A DNA stretch of 64,000 bases from Schmidtea polychroa. Its lineage: Eukaryota. How positions within the stretch are numbered: position 1 is the stretch's first letter; each line of letters opens with the position of its first letter. The DNA is taken from NCBI GenBank assembly GCA_044892525.1, contig CM097885.1, forward strand, positions 11,348,001 through 11,412,000, read 5' to 3'. Positions 49,335-63,414 of this stretch are shown piece by piece. Made by a program: the position numbers and the translations under genes. The notes under the pieces were generated by a model that searched no databases, had not been told where the DNA came from, and worked only from the letters and a program-made list of their open reading frames with translations.

Positions 49335-51075
49335 GAAGTGAAATTCCTTGGATATCTAATTATGATAACAGCGGTATTTTTGATCAATGTTTCGGCAGTT
49401 GAGATGGCCGTGAAGTCAAAATACACCCATAGCTCTATTTGGATCATCGCAGGTGAAGTGACACGATTAGGGTGAGATATCGTCGCGAGATTAATGGAAC
49501 TTTATCTATCGCAAGAAAATGAGTGCGAAAATTCCGGATAGTGTCGATTTATTGTCCACAATATAGATAATTGAATGGATAGAATGACTTACACCTAAAT
49601 CCGAAATATAAAGGTCTCTATACCAAACACCACTGAGATACATTCTCTATAGTGGTGGTTGGCGTGTAGAGCAATTGCTCACTCACCAATTTAATGAATT
49701 TCCTATCATATTTTGGAAATTTATTTTTGCCATTTTACAAATGGTTTTCAGGTAAGATGTTAAATTTTAAGACTTGAATTTTGATCCATATAGATATGAG
49801 ATCATTATTCAAGTTCTTAAATACTACTTTTAATCAACAGTATAAGTATAAAATATTTTTAATTAATTTTCAAGGTTTTTTAGGAATTTTATGATATTTA
49901 TCTTTAAGTATTTTAGAATTATTTCGAAAAAATGTGAGTGAGATATATTTTTAATTATAATTAAATAAATCAATCACCAAAAATATGTATTTTTCTAAAT
50001 AATTTTTGTAATTTTTTTCTGAGCTCAATATCAGATGCTTCTTCCAGGAAACCATTTGGATTGAAAAGACATTGAACCAGATTCATCTGCTCTTGATAAT
50101 TTGATTAAAAATATATTTTTAAAAAGTTTCAGCGATCTTTTTTCTTTCTAAAAATGGTCTAAAATCAAGTTATAATAGAAACTTATCTCAGCCGTGCATT
50201 TCTACGAATCAAATGTTTATGTGTGTTTTTTAGTGTGTGTTACTCTTGTGTGTAGTTTTTAATTTTCTTCCAGTTTTCAGATTTCTATAGTATAAGATGT
50301 ATCTCACTGCACTATAAATGAGAACATCAGCGTGAAATCAAAGTAAGTATGCATATTTCTATAATGTTTGATTATTGATTTTTTTCTTATATTATAGGAA
50401 ACGGTTCTCAGTGGTGTTTGGGGTATAATGCACGTTGGTGTGTTCATCAGTGGATGACTCACCATTTATGAGAGTATGAAGTTATTTACTTCATTTCATT
50501 TATTAAATTTTACAAGTAAGTTTTTTTTAATTTAAAGAACTTTTAAGGTTTGGATTTTGATTTTATATAATTATGAGATTATTATTCAAGCTCTTAAATG
50601 TTACTTGTAGTCAACATTTTGATTATAAATTATTTTTAATTAATTTTCAGGGTTCTTTTTACGATTTTTATGACTTTTTATGAATTTATTTGGAATTATT
50701 TCGATAAAATGTAAGTTAGATATATTTTTAACTATAAATAAATAAAGAAATCACCAAACACATTTATTTTTTAAGACATTTAAGAAAGAAGCGGAGTAGT
50801 TTTTTAAGTTTTGTAATCTTCTTTCTCCAGCTCATTGACATGGCGAATTTTATCATTTTATGTAATTCTATGAAAATATTATATTTTTTATACAATTTAT
50901 TAAAATTTACGATTTTCGAAATTTTTCCTGCAAATCCAAAGATATCGATGGACCTTATTGAATATTAGAAATGCTACTTTCACACAAAGTCGTTTGACAA
51001 GAAATATCTTATATATTGTAAAATATTAATTATTTGTAATTAAATGAAAAAGTTCTTACATTGTCAATTCTTCGC

Positions 51076-52245
<1,170 letters not shown>

Positions 52246-52378
52246 TTTGAAAACAAACGGCAATACAAAAGTACTCATCGATGACTCATTTATTTTTTGA
52301 ACAAAGACAATGACGCGCCCATGGGATATATTATTTATTACTATCAATAGTATTATTATTATTATTATTATTATTATA

Positions 52379-52428
<50 letters not shown>

Positions 52429-52954
52429 CATCATCAAGTTTTAATTACCAAGGTAATTTAAACAAAGACCATGACTCAGTCGCTGAATCATCAAGGTCGT
52501 TCTATTTTTAGTAACAAAGACATCTATTTTTGTTCCAGCGGTTTATTTTTGTTTTAATTATCGAATACGTAATAATTTAATTTTGTTTAAATCGTTGATT
52601 ATATAATAATATTTTTATTTTTTGTTTTAATTATCGAATACGTAATAATTTAATTTTGTTTAAATCGTTGATTATGTAATATTTTTTGATTTAATTGTCG
52701 ATTACGTAATAATTTAATTTATCATTATTATTGGGAAAGATATTACCGCTCGCGCGGAAAATGTTATTTTCAAAATTATTATTTTCGAAGTTTTAATCAA
52801 TATTATTTTTATTATTATTATAATTATATAGTCCGAGTTTATCCGACAAAATATTGTGTCCCCTATGTGTATTTGTAGATAGGGTACTGGTCACATTCAA
52901 CATGTCGCAAGGGTATTAATATTATTATTATTATTATAACATTATTATAACTTC

Positions 52955-53280
52955 ATTATTTTCAAGGTCATATTATTATTTTTCAAAATATTATTATTTT
53001 CAAGGTCATAATATTATTTTTCAAAATATTATTATTTTCAAGGTCATATTATTATTTTTCAAAATATTATTATTTTCAAGGTCATATTATTATTTTTCAA
53101 AATATTATTATTTTCAAGGTCATATTATTATTTTTCAAAATATTATTATTTTCAAGGTCATATTATTATTTTTCAAAATATTATTATTTTCAAGGTTATA
53201 TTATTATTTTCAAGGTCATATTATTATTTTTCAAAATATTATTATTTCAAGGTCATATTATTATTTCAAGGTCATATCAT
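52955..53280 (+). repeat. Tandem repeat of about 35 bp containing TCAAGGTCA
   Basis: ttttcaaggtcatattattatttttcaaaatattatta occurs about 8 times. Confidence 0.9.
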
Positions 53281-53683
53281 TATTTTATTTTAGTTTTGTT
53301 TAAATCGTTGATTATATGATAATATTTTTATTTTGGTTTTAATTATCGATTACTTAATAATTTTTTATTTTTTTTTAATTATCGATTACTTAATAATTTA
53401 ATATTGTTTAAATCGTTAATTATATTATAATATTTTTTTTGTTTTAATTATCAATTATGTAATAATTTAATTTTGTTTAAATCGTTGATTATGCAATAAT
53501 ATTTTTTGTTTAAATTATCGATTATGTAATAATTTAATTTTGTTTAAATCGTTGATTATATTATTTTTTTGGTTTAATTATCGATTACGCAATAATTTAA
53601 TTTATCATTATTATTAGGAAAGATATTAACGCCCGCGCAGAAGATGTTATTTTCAAAATTATTATTTTCAAAGTTTTAATCAA

Positions 53684-53762
<79 letters not shown>

Positions 53763-54271
53763 TCCAAAGTTATTTTGAAAGTTATTATCAAAATTCTTCT
53801 TCTTCTTATTATTATTATAATTTGCAAAATATTCATAAAACCTAATTTTTACGTCCATTTCATGCTTTTCAGCATTTTCATGATTATTTCAGGAACATTT
53901 TCATCAAATATTTTTCAAAGTATTATTTTCAAAGAATTATTTTCAAAGAATTATTATTATTATTTTTTATTATTATTATTTTTATTATTATTTGCAAAGT
54001 TCTAATTATTATTTTAATTTAGAAGTTTCATTATTATTATTTACTTAAATATTCATAAAACTTAATTTCTACGTCAATTACATGATTTTCAACATTTTCA
54101 TCATTTGCATGATTATTTTAATAATTTTCTACATTTTCAATATTTTCACGATTTTCAACATTTTCATGATTATTTCAGGAACTTTTCATCGAATATTTTT
54201 CAAAGTATTATTTTCAAAGATTTATTTTCAAATTATTTTCAAAGTTTTTATCAATATTATTATTATTATTA

Positions 54272-54312
<41 letters not shown>

Positions 54313-54634
54313 GGTAAAGAAAAATCTAAAATATGGTTTACACGCACAACCCATCAACCATTATTATTATTATTATTATCAATATTAAAAACATAAAATA
54401 TTTTTACACACACACACATGCACAATCCATTAAACATTATTATTATTAACGCAAATATTAGTGAAAAACCTAAAATATTTTTTACACGACCCATTAAACT
54501 TTATTATTATTATTATTATTATTATTATTGCAAATATTAGTCAAAAACATAAAATATTTTTACACACACACAATTATTATCAATATTAGTGAAAACCTAA
54601 AATATTTTCTACACACATATACAACCCTTTGAAC

Positions 54635-54712
<78 letters not shown>

Positions 54713-55202
54713 ATTAGTTAAAAACTTAAAATAATTTTTACACACTAAGTTATGGGGTAGAGAATTATTATATGTTTGCAGTATTCTGTGTTTGCCTTTA
54801 CAGGAAATTGTCAATAAGGAGTGATAATTTTATACATACATTCTATATACACATACCTTTTTAAAATGGATGTATATACTCCTAGTCTATCCGACAAGAT
54901 ATTCTGTCCCCCTATGGGTATTGCTTATACATGCCACTTCTCGCTATATTTACATTTACTTTCCATTAATGAATAATTTGAACACTTATTTTCACTTTTT
55001 TGAATTTCATTATTAATTAATCATAGAATAATGATGATTCTTACCACCTGAGAATAATATTGTTAATTTTTATCTCTGTGTTATTAAAATTATCTTTCGA
55101 TTTTACGCTGCTTACCATTTTAGAATAAGATTTTTTATCAAATTTGTGATAATTTGACTGATTCAATTTGATAGAGTTATTGTTAATTCGTTTTATTATA
55201 TA

Positions 55203-56995
55203 TACTCTGAGTTTATCCGACAACATATTTTCTCCCTCTATGGGTACTGCTTGTAAGGGTATTGGTCGTAAGGGTACTGGTCGTAAAGGTACTGTTGTGT
55301 TTTAATGATTTTATTTAGGCAAATTTTTGTTTATTATTTGGCATTAAATTCATTGGTAATTTTTTAGAGTTAGCGGGATTTTACTAACATTTTTTGTGAA
55401 TTTCATGTTAATTGAAAGAATATTTAAAAATTTAAGGTTTAGTGTTAATTCTAAGATAAATTTAATTAATTTCTTGATAATTTGCTATATTTTATTGACT
55501 TGTTTTTAAATTTTAAATAAAAATTAATTTTTAATGTTAATAATCAAGTGATAGATAAATTTGATGATGATGACTTTGTAATGATATTAATTTGACTATA
55601 TAATTTTTTCATATATTTTTCTAAGAATATTTACACATTGATGAACTTTAAAATATTGAAAATCTAAAGTTGAAACCAGATAATTTTTTCACGATGATGA
55701 TATATTTGAAATTTACTTGAAAATTATTGTAAAATATACCGAAATTTAGTTTGAAAGATATATCATGTTATAATGGTTATAATTAGTTGAATCGATGAAG
55801 AATTATGATCAATCAATGAAATATTATCATCTCTAGTTAGGTATTTGATGATACATGTGATTAAATATTTATTTTAATGAATTTTGATCTTTTAGTGAAC
55901 TCTTTGAATTTAGCTACTAAATTATTTCAATGGAAGAATGTTTTTAACAATTAAATCTCTATTTAAATCGACAATGTTCTTATTGGTAAAATATCAAATT
56001 TTCAAAGGAAATAGTCAGTATTTAGCTATGAATTAATAATAATTTCAGTGAACTTATATCGTTTTAGAGGTTTATTAGGTCGTGATGAATGTTATTGCAC
56101 AGTAATTTAGATTTATGTTTTAGAACAAGTTTTTATTAATTATCCACTGTTTTATTAAGTCGTTTAGGGTTAATAATCTATTTACTTGGTTTTGACAATG
56201 AAATATTTGAAATCTTTAGAGATAATTGATATCAAAGGTTATTTCTTTAAATTAGTTTATTTAAGAAGTTATTTTATTCATTGTGAGGATATCAGTGAAA
56301 GAAATTTATGATTTTAATTAGATTTCTAGAAATTAAATCGGTTAAATATAAGTTAATCTATTGAAGGAATATTGTTATCGGATGGATAAATGATATTTTT
56401 CTAAATTACCTTTGCTAAATATTATTTTAAATGACTAAAAATAACAAAATTAACCAATATTTATAAATTTTTCCCACAAAATATCCATGTTTTGGTTACT
56501 CAAACATCTGAAATTTCTCGCAAAGATATATTACGTCTAATGATCATCTAATTAAATTAGAAAAGAAATATAACCATATATGAACATGTAATTTTAACTA
56601 ATAAGCACCTTATTTGGTTAAATGATAACCATATTTCTATTATGACTCCTTTAAATATTTTTGCCTCGAACAAATTTACTCCAAATGATAAAGAATTTAA
56701 AATTATCAATGAATAATGACCATGTTTTTCTCATATTAATAACTATTGTAACGAACATTAGATGAATAAATTACCTTTTGCTTTAAATGTCTAAAAGGTT
56801 AACCAATAAATTAGTCGCTCGACATAAGTGTAAAGTTACATTTAAAATATTCACGAATTTCTGATCATCTCACTAAATTACCTAAGAATTTCTAAATGAT
56901 TATTATACCCTTGCGACATGTTGAATGTGACCAGTACCCTTGCTGGTAATACCCATAGGGGGACAGAATATTTTGTCGGATGAACTCGGAGTATA
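55203..56995. mobile_element. Putative non-autonomous TIR element
   Basis: Inverted ~70 bp ends TACTC(C/T)GAGTT.ATCCGACAA.ATATT...CTATGGGTA...AAGGGTA.TGGTC with a non-coding AT-rich interior. Confidence 0.55.
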
Positions 56996-58154
56996 TGGTC
57001 TTTATTGATATATCAAAATACTGTTATTTATAAATTAACTAAAAAATACTATATTATTTTACTGAATGATAACTTAAATGTTTTTAATATACCTATTTCT
57101 AAAGTAAATCGACAGCTCAGACCAACAACATGTATGGATGACCACCCATTGTTAATTTATTTCCAGTGTCACGTCCCTCAAAAATACCGTGAGTGTTTTA
57201 ACAAAACTGAGCTAAAAGAAACTTTCCAGATAACAACTCACCTGAATGTTTTGAACAAAAATGATCGAAATTGAGAACAAACGATTAGATGGCGATTAAC
57301 TTCTGGCCACAACCCTAACAACATGAAAATTAAGATTTAATTATTGAATTCGTTGTTTTCTGCCTGGAAATACTAACAGAATATTTTTTAATTCAAAGAA
57401 TCTTCATTATAAATTTTTGAATTTAAAAAATTAAATGAAGGATATATAAGTGTACATAAAATTATAATATTATATAAAATTATACTGTATTTATTAATAA
57501 ATTTAGAATACATAAAATTATAATATTATAATATTATATAAAATTATAATATTATATAAAATTATACTATATAATAATAGTAATGTTTAAATATGCTTAA
57601 ATAACTAAATTGTTTAAATATTTTTAAATAACTAAATTTAAATTATTTAAATAAACTTTTCATATAACTTTATTTCTTTCGTTTTAGTATCCATAAAGTA
57701 AGTATATAAAGAATTTACTACAATATTTTAATTATTTTACTTAGTAATGAAGAAAATGAATTATATAATTATGAAGAAGATAAACCAGAAAAAATAGTGA
57801 AACACTAAAAGACTTATGTTCTGGATTTAGAGATTTCTTATTAAAACATGAATTATTGGATTATGGGGAAGATGACCAGACAAAATGGTGAAACACTAAA
57901 GGAGTTATAGTTCCGGATTTCTTAAATGAATTAGCTGATTGTGGGTGTCCTTCAACATGAATGTTTACTTATCAGACTTAAATTATGTAAACTTTCAACG
58001 AATGTCAAAAAAAATGGGAAAAATCGATGTTTTAGCAATTAAGTAAAGTACTCGTCAGTAGATGGATTGGGCACCGCTAGCACAGTACCCCCCCCTCCCC
58101 TCCCCCCGTCGGTAAGATTTTCAAAAATATTCTAAGTCTAAAAGTACATTTTTT

Positions 58155-58636
58155 TTCAAGGTCAAATTTAAACAAAGACATATGACTCATCAAGGTCAAA
58201 TTTAAACAAAGACAATGACTCATATTATGACTCATCAAATTGTTCAAGGGCATTTAAACAAAGACCATGACTCATCATATGACTCATCAAGGTCATTTTC
58301 AAGGTCATATGACTCATATGGCCTTGAAAATTTTTTTCAAGGTCATATGACCCATAATATGAATCATCAAGGTCATTGAAACAAAGACCATGACTCATAG
58401 TATGACTCATCAAGGTCATTTTCAAGGTTATATGACTCATAGTATGACTCATATGACCTTGGGAAAAATTTTCAAGGTCATATGACTCATAATATGACTC
58501 CTCAAGGTCATATGACTCGTCCGATGACTCATCAAAATTTTCAAGGTCATTTTCAAGGTCATTTTCAAGGTCACATGACTCACCCAAGGTCATTCCCAAG
58601 GTCATATGAGTCATCGCGATGACTCATCAAGGTCAT
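58155..58636. promoter_or_regulatory. Subterminal array of TGACTCA, TCAAGGTCA and AAACAAAG motifs
   Basis: Dozens of interleaved copies; the same array occurs at 51193-51660. Confidence 0.6.
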
Positions 58637-58793
58637 ATTATTATTTTTAAAAAATATTATTATTTTTTATTATTATTTTTAAAAATATTATTATTTTATT
58701 TTTAATTTCTTTCAAAGTTCCCGCCAACGAAAATTAATAATCGATAGCTCATTTTAAAGCTCAATCCAAGACCTTTCGAATGAGCCATATATC

Positions 58794-58986
<193 letters not shown>

Positions 58987-59110
58987 GATTAGTATTATTA
59001 GTATTAATCTATATACACCGAGTCTATCCGACAAAATATTTTGTCCCCCTATGGGTAATGCTCACAAGGGTACTGGTCACGCTCAACAAATCAACAAAAC
59101 ATACATTTAT

Positions 59111-59611
59111 TTAAACAATAAAATAATGTAAAATTAACAAAGGTAAACTAAATATTGATGTACTACTATTCGCAGCAATATTGTTAGAAATTGGTAACGT
59201 TGAATTGATTTTCAGATATTCTATTGATCCTTTGATTGTTTGAATTTCTCTTAATAATAATTCAATCTTTTTTAACAAATAATCATGCTTCTTATCAATA
59301 ATCTTCATATTCTTTTTATTTTCAGTAATAGAGTTATTGAAAACCTCAATATGATCAATCAATTTAATTTTTATATTTTGTATATATTCAAATGTTAGTT
59401 CATAACTGTTTTCTAAATTCTCCAATCTTTGAGCTATTCTTTTTCCTGGATGCTTTGACCATTTTGGTTTATCGAGAATATATAAAATATCCATCAACTT
59501 GGCTGTATTCGGACAAACACATATTGATTTATTAAAAGACTCCACTGTTATTGTTGTATTGTGTGAGCACACACTCGTTATAATAATTAGCAATATGAAT
59601 AGAGTTTTCAT
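59111..59611 (-). CDS. Secreted or GPI-anchored coiled-coil glycoprotein
   Basis: Signal peptide MKTLFILLIIITSVCS, CVC, several N-X-S/T sites, heptad region and C-terminal NSS plus a hydrophobic tail with no cytosolic residues. Confidence 0.7.
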   Translation of the reverse strand: MKTLFILLIIITSVCSHNTTITVESFNKSICVCPNTAKLMDILYILDKPKWSKHPGKRIAQRLENLENSYELTFEYIQNIKIKLIDHIEVFNNSITENKKNMKIIDKKHDYLLKKIELLLREIQTIKGSIEYLKINSTLPISNNIAANSSTSIFSLPLLILHYFIV

Positions 59612-59716
59612 GGTGTATCAAATCAAAACCTTTCTTTTACATTTATAGTCTATCAACCAATCAAAATCATACAGTATTAGTATAAATAAAACATCATATT
59701 TTAAAATATTGTAAAA

Positions 59717-60231
59717 ATGTCTAATTTAATGGAAAATATGTTAAGAGAACTCATCAACAAGAATATTATGGAAAGCCTAATTTTCCTGGTCGATCGGACC
59801 GAAAAGATTATAGAAGGTAATCACATTGATTATGAGGACGTCCTCAATTCCGATTCCCTCGAAACAAAGAAATTCTATTTTAATAGAATATTTAATTGCT
59901 TATGCGACGAGGAGATGAAGTGGACCCGAATATTAGTAGGGTTCGCTTATATGAAGATAATAATTGAAAAAAGCCTATGGGATTCCGAGCACTATTATCA
60001 GTGGTCTCAAGAAGTAATACTTTTATAATCTATATTTTATTAATATATATTTTCTAGATAATCAAGTCAAAGTTTCAGCCATGGATTGAAGCCAATGGCG
60101 GATGGGGCGTGCTGAATCGACTCGCCAGAAATGCAAAAGAATTAGATCAGCAAAAAATCCAATTTAAAAACTATTTAAAACTTGCAACAGGTGTTGCTAT
60201 TTTATATGTTTTATGTCGTTTTTTTAAATAA
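59717..60231 (+). CDS. Bcl-2 family protein (156 aa, 2 exons; intron 60014-60057)
   Basis: BH1-like DEEMKWTRILVGFAY. After a 44 nt phase-0 intron come BH2 FQPWIEANGGWGVL and tail anchor LATGVAILYVLCRFFK*. Confidence 0.85.
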
Positions 60232-60299
60232 AATTTATATAGTTATTTTGTTTGATTTTTAAATAAAATTTTAAATAAATTTACAAACACTAATATTTA

Positions 60300-60685
60300 T
60301 TAATTAACACATTCGCAGTCGTCATCTCCACATTTCATTATATTTTCAACGACATGATCAATACAATCATTCGTAATATTATCTTTAGATTCATCTTTAG
60401 GTTCCTCTATAGGTTCCTCTATAGGTTCCTCTATAGGTTCATAGATTTCCTCTTGAGTTTCTTCCTCATCCATTTCTTGAGTTTCTTCCTCATCATCAAA
60501 TCCTGTATCTTGACTCTCAACTAACCAGCCGATATTTAAGGCATTTGTAATAGATAATATATCCTCCATTTTCACACCAGCTATTTCTGCTAACTTTTCC
60601 AACAAAAAGTTGATTAAAAATTCTAAATAATAAATAATTCGGTAATTAATTAATCATGTTAACCTTTTTCTGCAGTCATTTTCAT
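60300..60685 (-). CDS. Acidic protein with EEPI repeats (2 exons; intron 60623-60663)
   Basis: ATG at 60685; a 41 nt phase-1 GT-AG intron joins in frame to ORF 60300-60605; Cys-containing acidic C-terminus. Confidence 0.65.
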
Positions 60686-60811
60686 CACTTTAAAACTAAA
60701 TTATAAGTTTGTTTATAGATTTTCTTTGTTAAATTTGCATGTCATTTGCATTTATGTTGCAATTAATAAAGAGAAAAACAAATCTGACTAATACATTTAT
60801 TAAATATAACA

Positions 60812-61054
60812 TTAAAATATTTGTGAAAGTCTAGCAGACATAATTTTCCAAATAGGAGAATATACATCATTATTATCAACTTTATATCCCTGGATTGCAA
60901 TTGTAATATACCAATTTTCATTTTCTTTGAAAGCGATTTCATCAAAGGAATCATAAAATCTTGCATATCTATTATTGAACCATGCATGTTGATTACATGA
61001 TAGATTCGAATCTATCCGTTTAAAAACATCGTCAATAGTTTTGACATCAATCAT
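60812..61054 (-). CDS. Hypothetical 80 aa Polinton protein (a ~57 aa ORF from 61223 overlaps its start)
   Basis: Compact ORFs between TATA/CCAAT-like motifs and AATAAA-like signals. Confidence 0.5.
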   Translation of the reverse strand: MIDVKTIDDVFKRIDSNLSCNQHAWFNNRYARFYDSFDEIAFKENENWYITIAIQGYKVDNNDVYSPIWKIMSARLSQIF

Positions 61055-61520
61055 TGAAAGCGTGCCGGATAAGAATTTTAAATTTAGTTGGAATTAGCTT
61101 GACTGGTGCAACCAATTTCATATTGATTTCTTCTTTCAAAAAATACATTTTGTAGTTGTGGAACATTTGAACTGGTTGTACCATTTCTTTAGGTTTTTCG
61201 GTGCTTGAAATTTTCTTGGTCATCGTGAATAATGAATAAATTTAAATGTTACAGGGTTTTTATACCTTTGACTCATGCCTATCAACCAATCAGATTATAG
61301 CATGTCTTTGTTTAAATTGCATTCAAAATGCATTGATGTTGCATTGATGTTGCATTGTCACATGTTCTATTTACAGATTTATTATTAATGTTTAAATTAT
61401 TACATGTTTTGATATATGTACAGATTTATTATTAATATGTTTCATTATTATTAATGTTTTTACTATTATTACTATTCATATTTCTATTACTATTATTATT
61501 TCTATTATTATTACTATTAC

Positions 61521-61562
<42 letters not shown>

Positions 61563-61609
61563 TATTATTTCAAATATAAAAAAGATAAAACACAATAAAA
61601 ATACATTTA

Positions 61610-62024
61610 TTAATAACCCAAATCAACAATCCGGGAGTAGTGAAACCTTCTCAGAGTTTTCACTAACTCCCATTCGACATATCGCCGATATCGATCGGCG
61701 CAACATGAGCATCTGATGATGCACTGGTACTCTGGCTCCATTTGTTTGATGGTTCTGTTTATCTTTATATCCCACAGAAACTGGTGAAATACCTCCATTA
61801 TTCTAATTTGAGTTGTGTAGAAAATGAGGTCCGGAATTATTTCTGCTTCTCTATCCTTGATAATTTCAATAATTTGAGGATAATAATATTTTATCCTTTT
61901 TATCATAACTTCTAAATATTTTTCTAAAATAATAAATAGTAAATAATGTGAAAATAAAAATTTTAAATTTACCGGAATCGTCGATATCTTTCATGAGGGT
62001 TGCAGAGCTTGGTAATTTGTACAT
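61610..62024 (-). CDS. Hypothetical protein with CxxxCxCC (2 exons; intron 61924-61972)
   Basis: ATG at 62024; a 49 nt phase-1 intron joins in frame to ORF 61610-61906. Confidence 0.65.
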
Positions 62025-62098
62025 GGTGTTGAAAAAATGAATTCTAAACAAAAAACCGTTTGTTTAAATCAATCAATAACCAATTAGAAATTAACCAA

Positions 62099-62536
62099 TT
62101 AGAAATCGACCAATGAAATTATCTCATTTCGAACATTGTCAACAAATTCTCTATACTCCAAATTTCTCAACCCCAGCATGACAACCTTTCCACTAGCAAA
62201 CACGTTGACACATATAGGGTTATATTTTAATAGTCTTAGTGCCGGAAACAATTCCGGTTCAAACATACAATCACATTTTTTCGACATGTTATATAGATTG
62301 ATACTATGTCCCATATCCATAGTAACGGTAATTGATTGGATTTTAATATTATTTATTCGATATTGTAATTTATTAATATCCAAAGGTTTCTTACATCCCA
62401 TGATTCTGCATTTACCAGTCTTGAAAAATATTATCGGATATTTCCCGCTTCTATCGATAATTTGCTGTGGTTTCCCTGGTGGGAACCTCATATTCGATAC
62501 ATCAAAATTTCCTCGATAATTTATATTTGCTAACAT
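62099..62536 (-). CDS. TATA-binding-protein-like protein
   Basis: Two TBP-like repeats: IIFFKTGKCRIMG and IKIQSITVTMDMGHSINL...FEPELFPAL...VNVFASGKVVMLG. Confidence 0.85.
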   Translation of the reverse strand: MLANINYRGNFDVSNMRFPPGKPQQIIDRSGKYPIIFFKTGKCRIMGCKKPLDINKLQYRINNIKIQSITVTMDMGHSINLYNMSKKCDCMFEPELFPALRLLKYNPICVNVFASGKVVMLGLRNLEYREFVDNVRNEIISLVDF

Positions 62537-62635
62537 TATTAAATCATTTATGAAAATTAGTCTTTATATACAAATTGAGCACGAGTTCATTAAATCATCG
62601 AATATAAACAAATACACATTTATAAAATCTTTGAA

Positions 62636-63262
62636 ATGGAATTAAGAAATGATGCAGTATACCAAATCGTTGGTCCGAGTGGTAGTGGAAAAACATTATT
62701 TGTTTGTAAATTACTAAAATCCAATTTATTCAAATCAAAATTCAACAGGATTTATTGGCATAGGGGTGCTGATGAAGAACATGGATTAACTCAATCAAGT
62801 TTCTGTAAATTAAAAAACATGAAAATAGTAAAGGGATTCGATAAAAACTGGTCCAGCCGATTAAAGAAAGGCGATGTCATTATTATCGATGATTTGTATC
62901 AAGAAGCTAATAAAGAAAAAGATTTTAATAATTTATTTACAAAGATCAGCAGACATGTCGGTGTAACAGTTATTTTCATAACACAAAATCTATTTCATCA
63001 AGGTGGGGCACATCGAACACGTAATTTAAATGTACAGTATTTAGTTATTTTCAAGAATCCTAGAGATGCAACAGTGATTGATTTTCTTGCACGTCAAGCA
63101 TACCCTAACAATCGTAATTTTCTTATCAGTGCATTTCAAGATGCTACAAAAATACCTCATGGATATATATTTCTTGATTTCACACAACAATGTCCCGATG
63201 ATTTACGTGTAAAAACAGATATTTTCAACCCAAAAGGTGCCATGGTTTATAAACAAAGTTGA
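62636..63262 (+). CDS. A32/FtsK-like DNA packaging ATPase
   Basis: Walker A GPSGSGKT, Walker B IIIDD, SRH, ITQNLF and YLVIFKNPRD. Confidence 0.95.
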   Translation: MELRNDAVYQIVGPSGSGKTLFVCKLLKSNLFKSKFNRIYWHRGADEEHGLTQSSFCKLKNMKIVKGFDKNWSSRLKKGDVIIIDDLYQEANKEKDFNNLFTKISRHVGVTVIFITQNLFHQGGAHRTRNLNVQYLVIFKNPRDATVIDFLARQAYPNNRNFLISAFQDATKIPHGYIFLDFTQQCPDDLRVKTDIFNPKGAMVYKQS

Positions 63263-63414
63263 AAACCTCTATGAATAATAATGTTTCTAAAAGCAAGGGT
63301 GAAAAATATTAGGAAATTAAGAAAGGTATTAGAAAGACTATTAAAGTTCCAAAGGTTCCACCAACAACTAGTTATACACCATCTAAAAAACTTGTAACTG
63401 AAAATTTCTCTGCA

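Noticed and set aside
50400..50465. Possible hammerhead ribozyme (CTGATGA on the minus strand)
   Set aside because: No properly placed GAAA core or stem II is visible.
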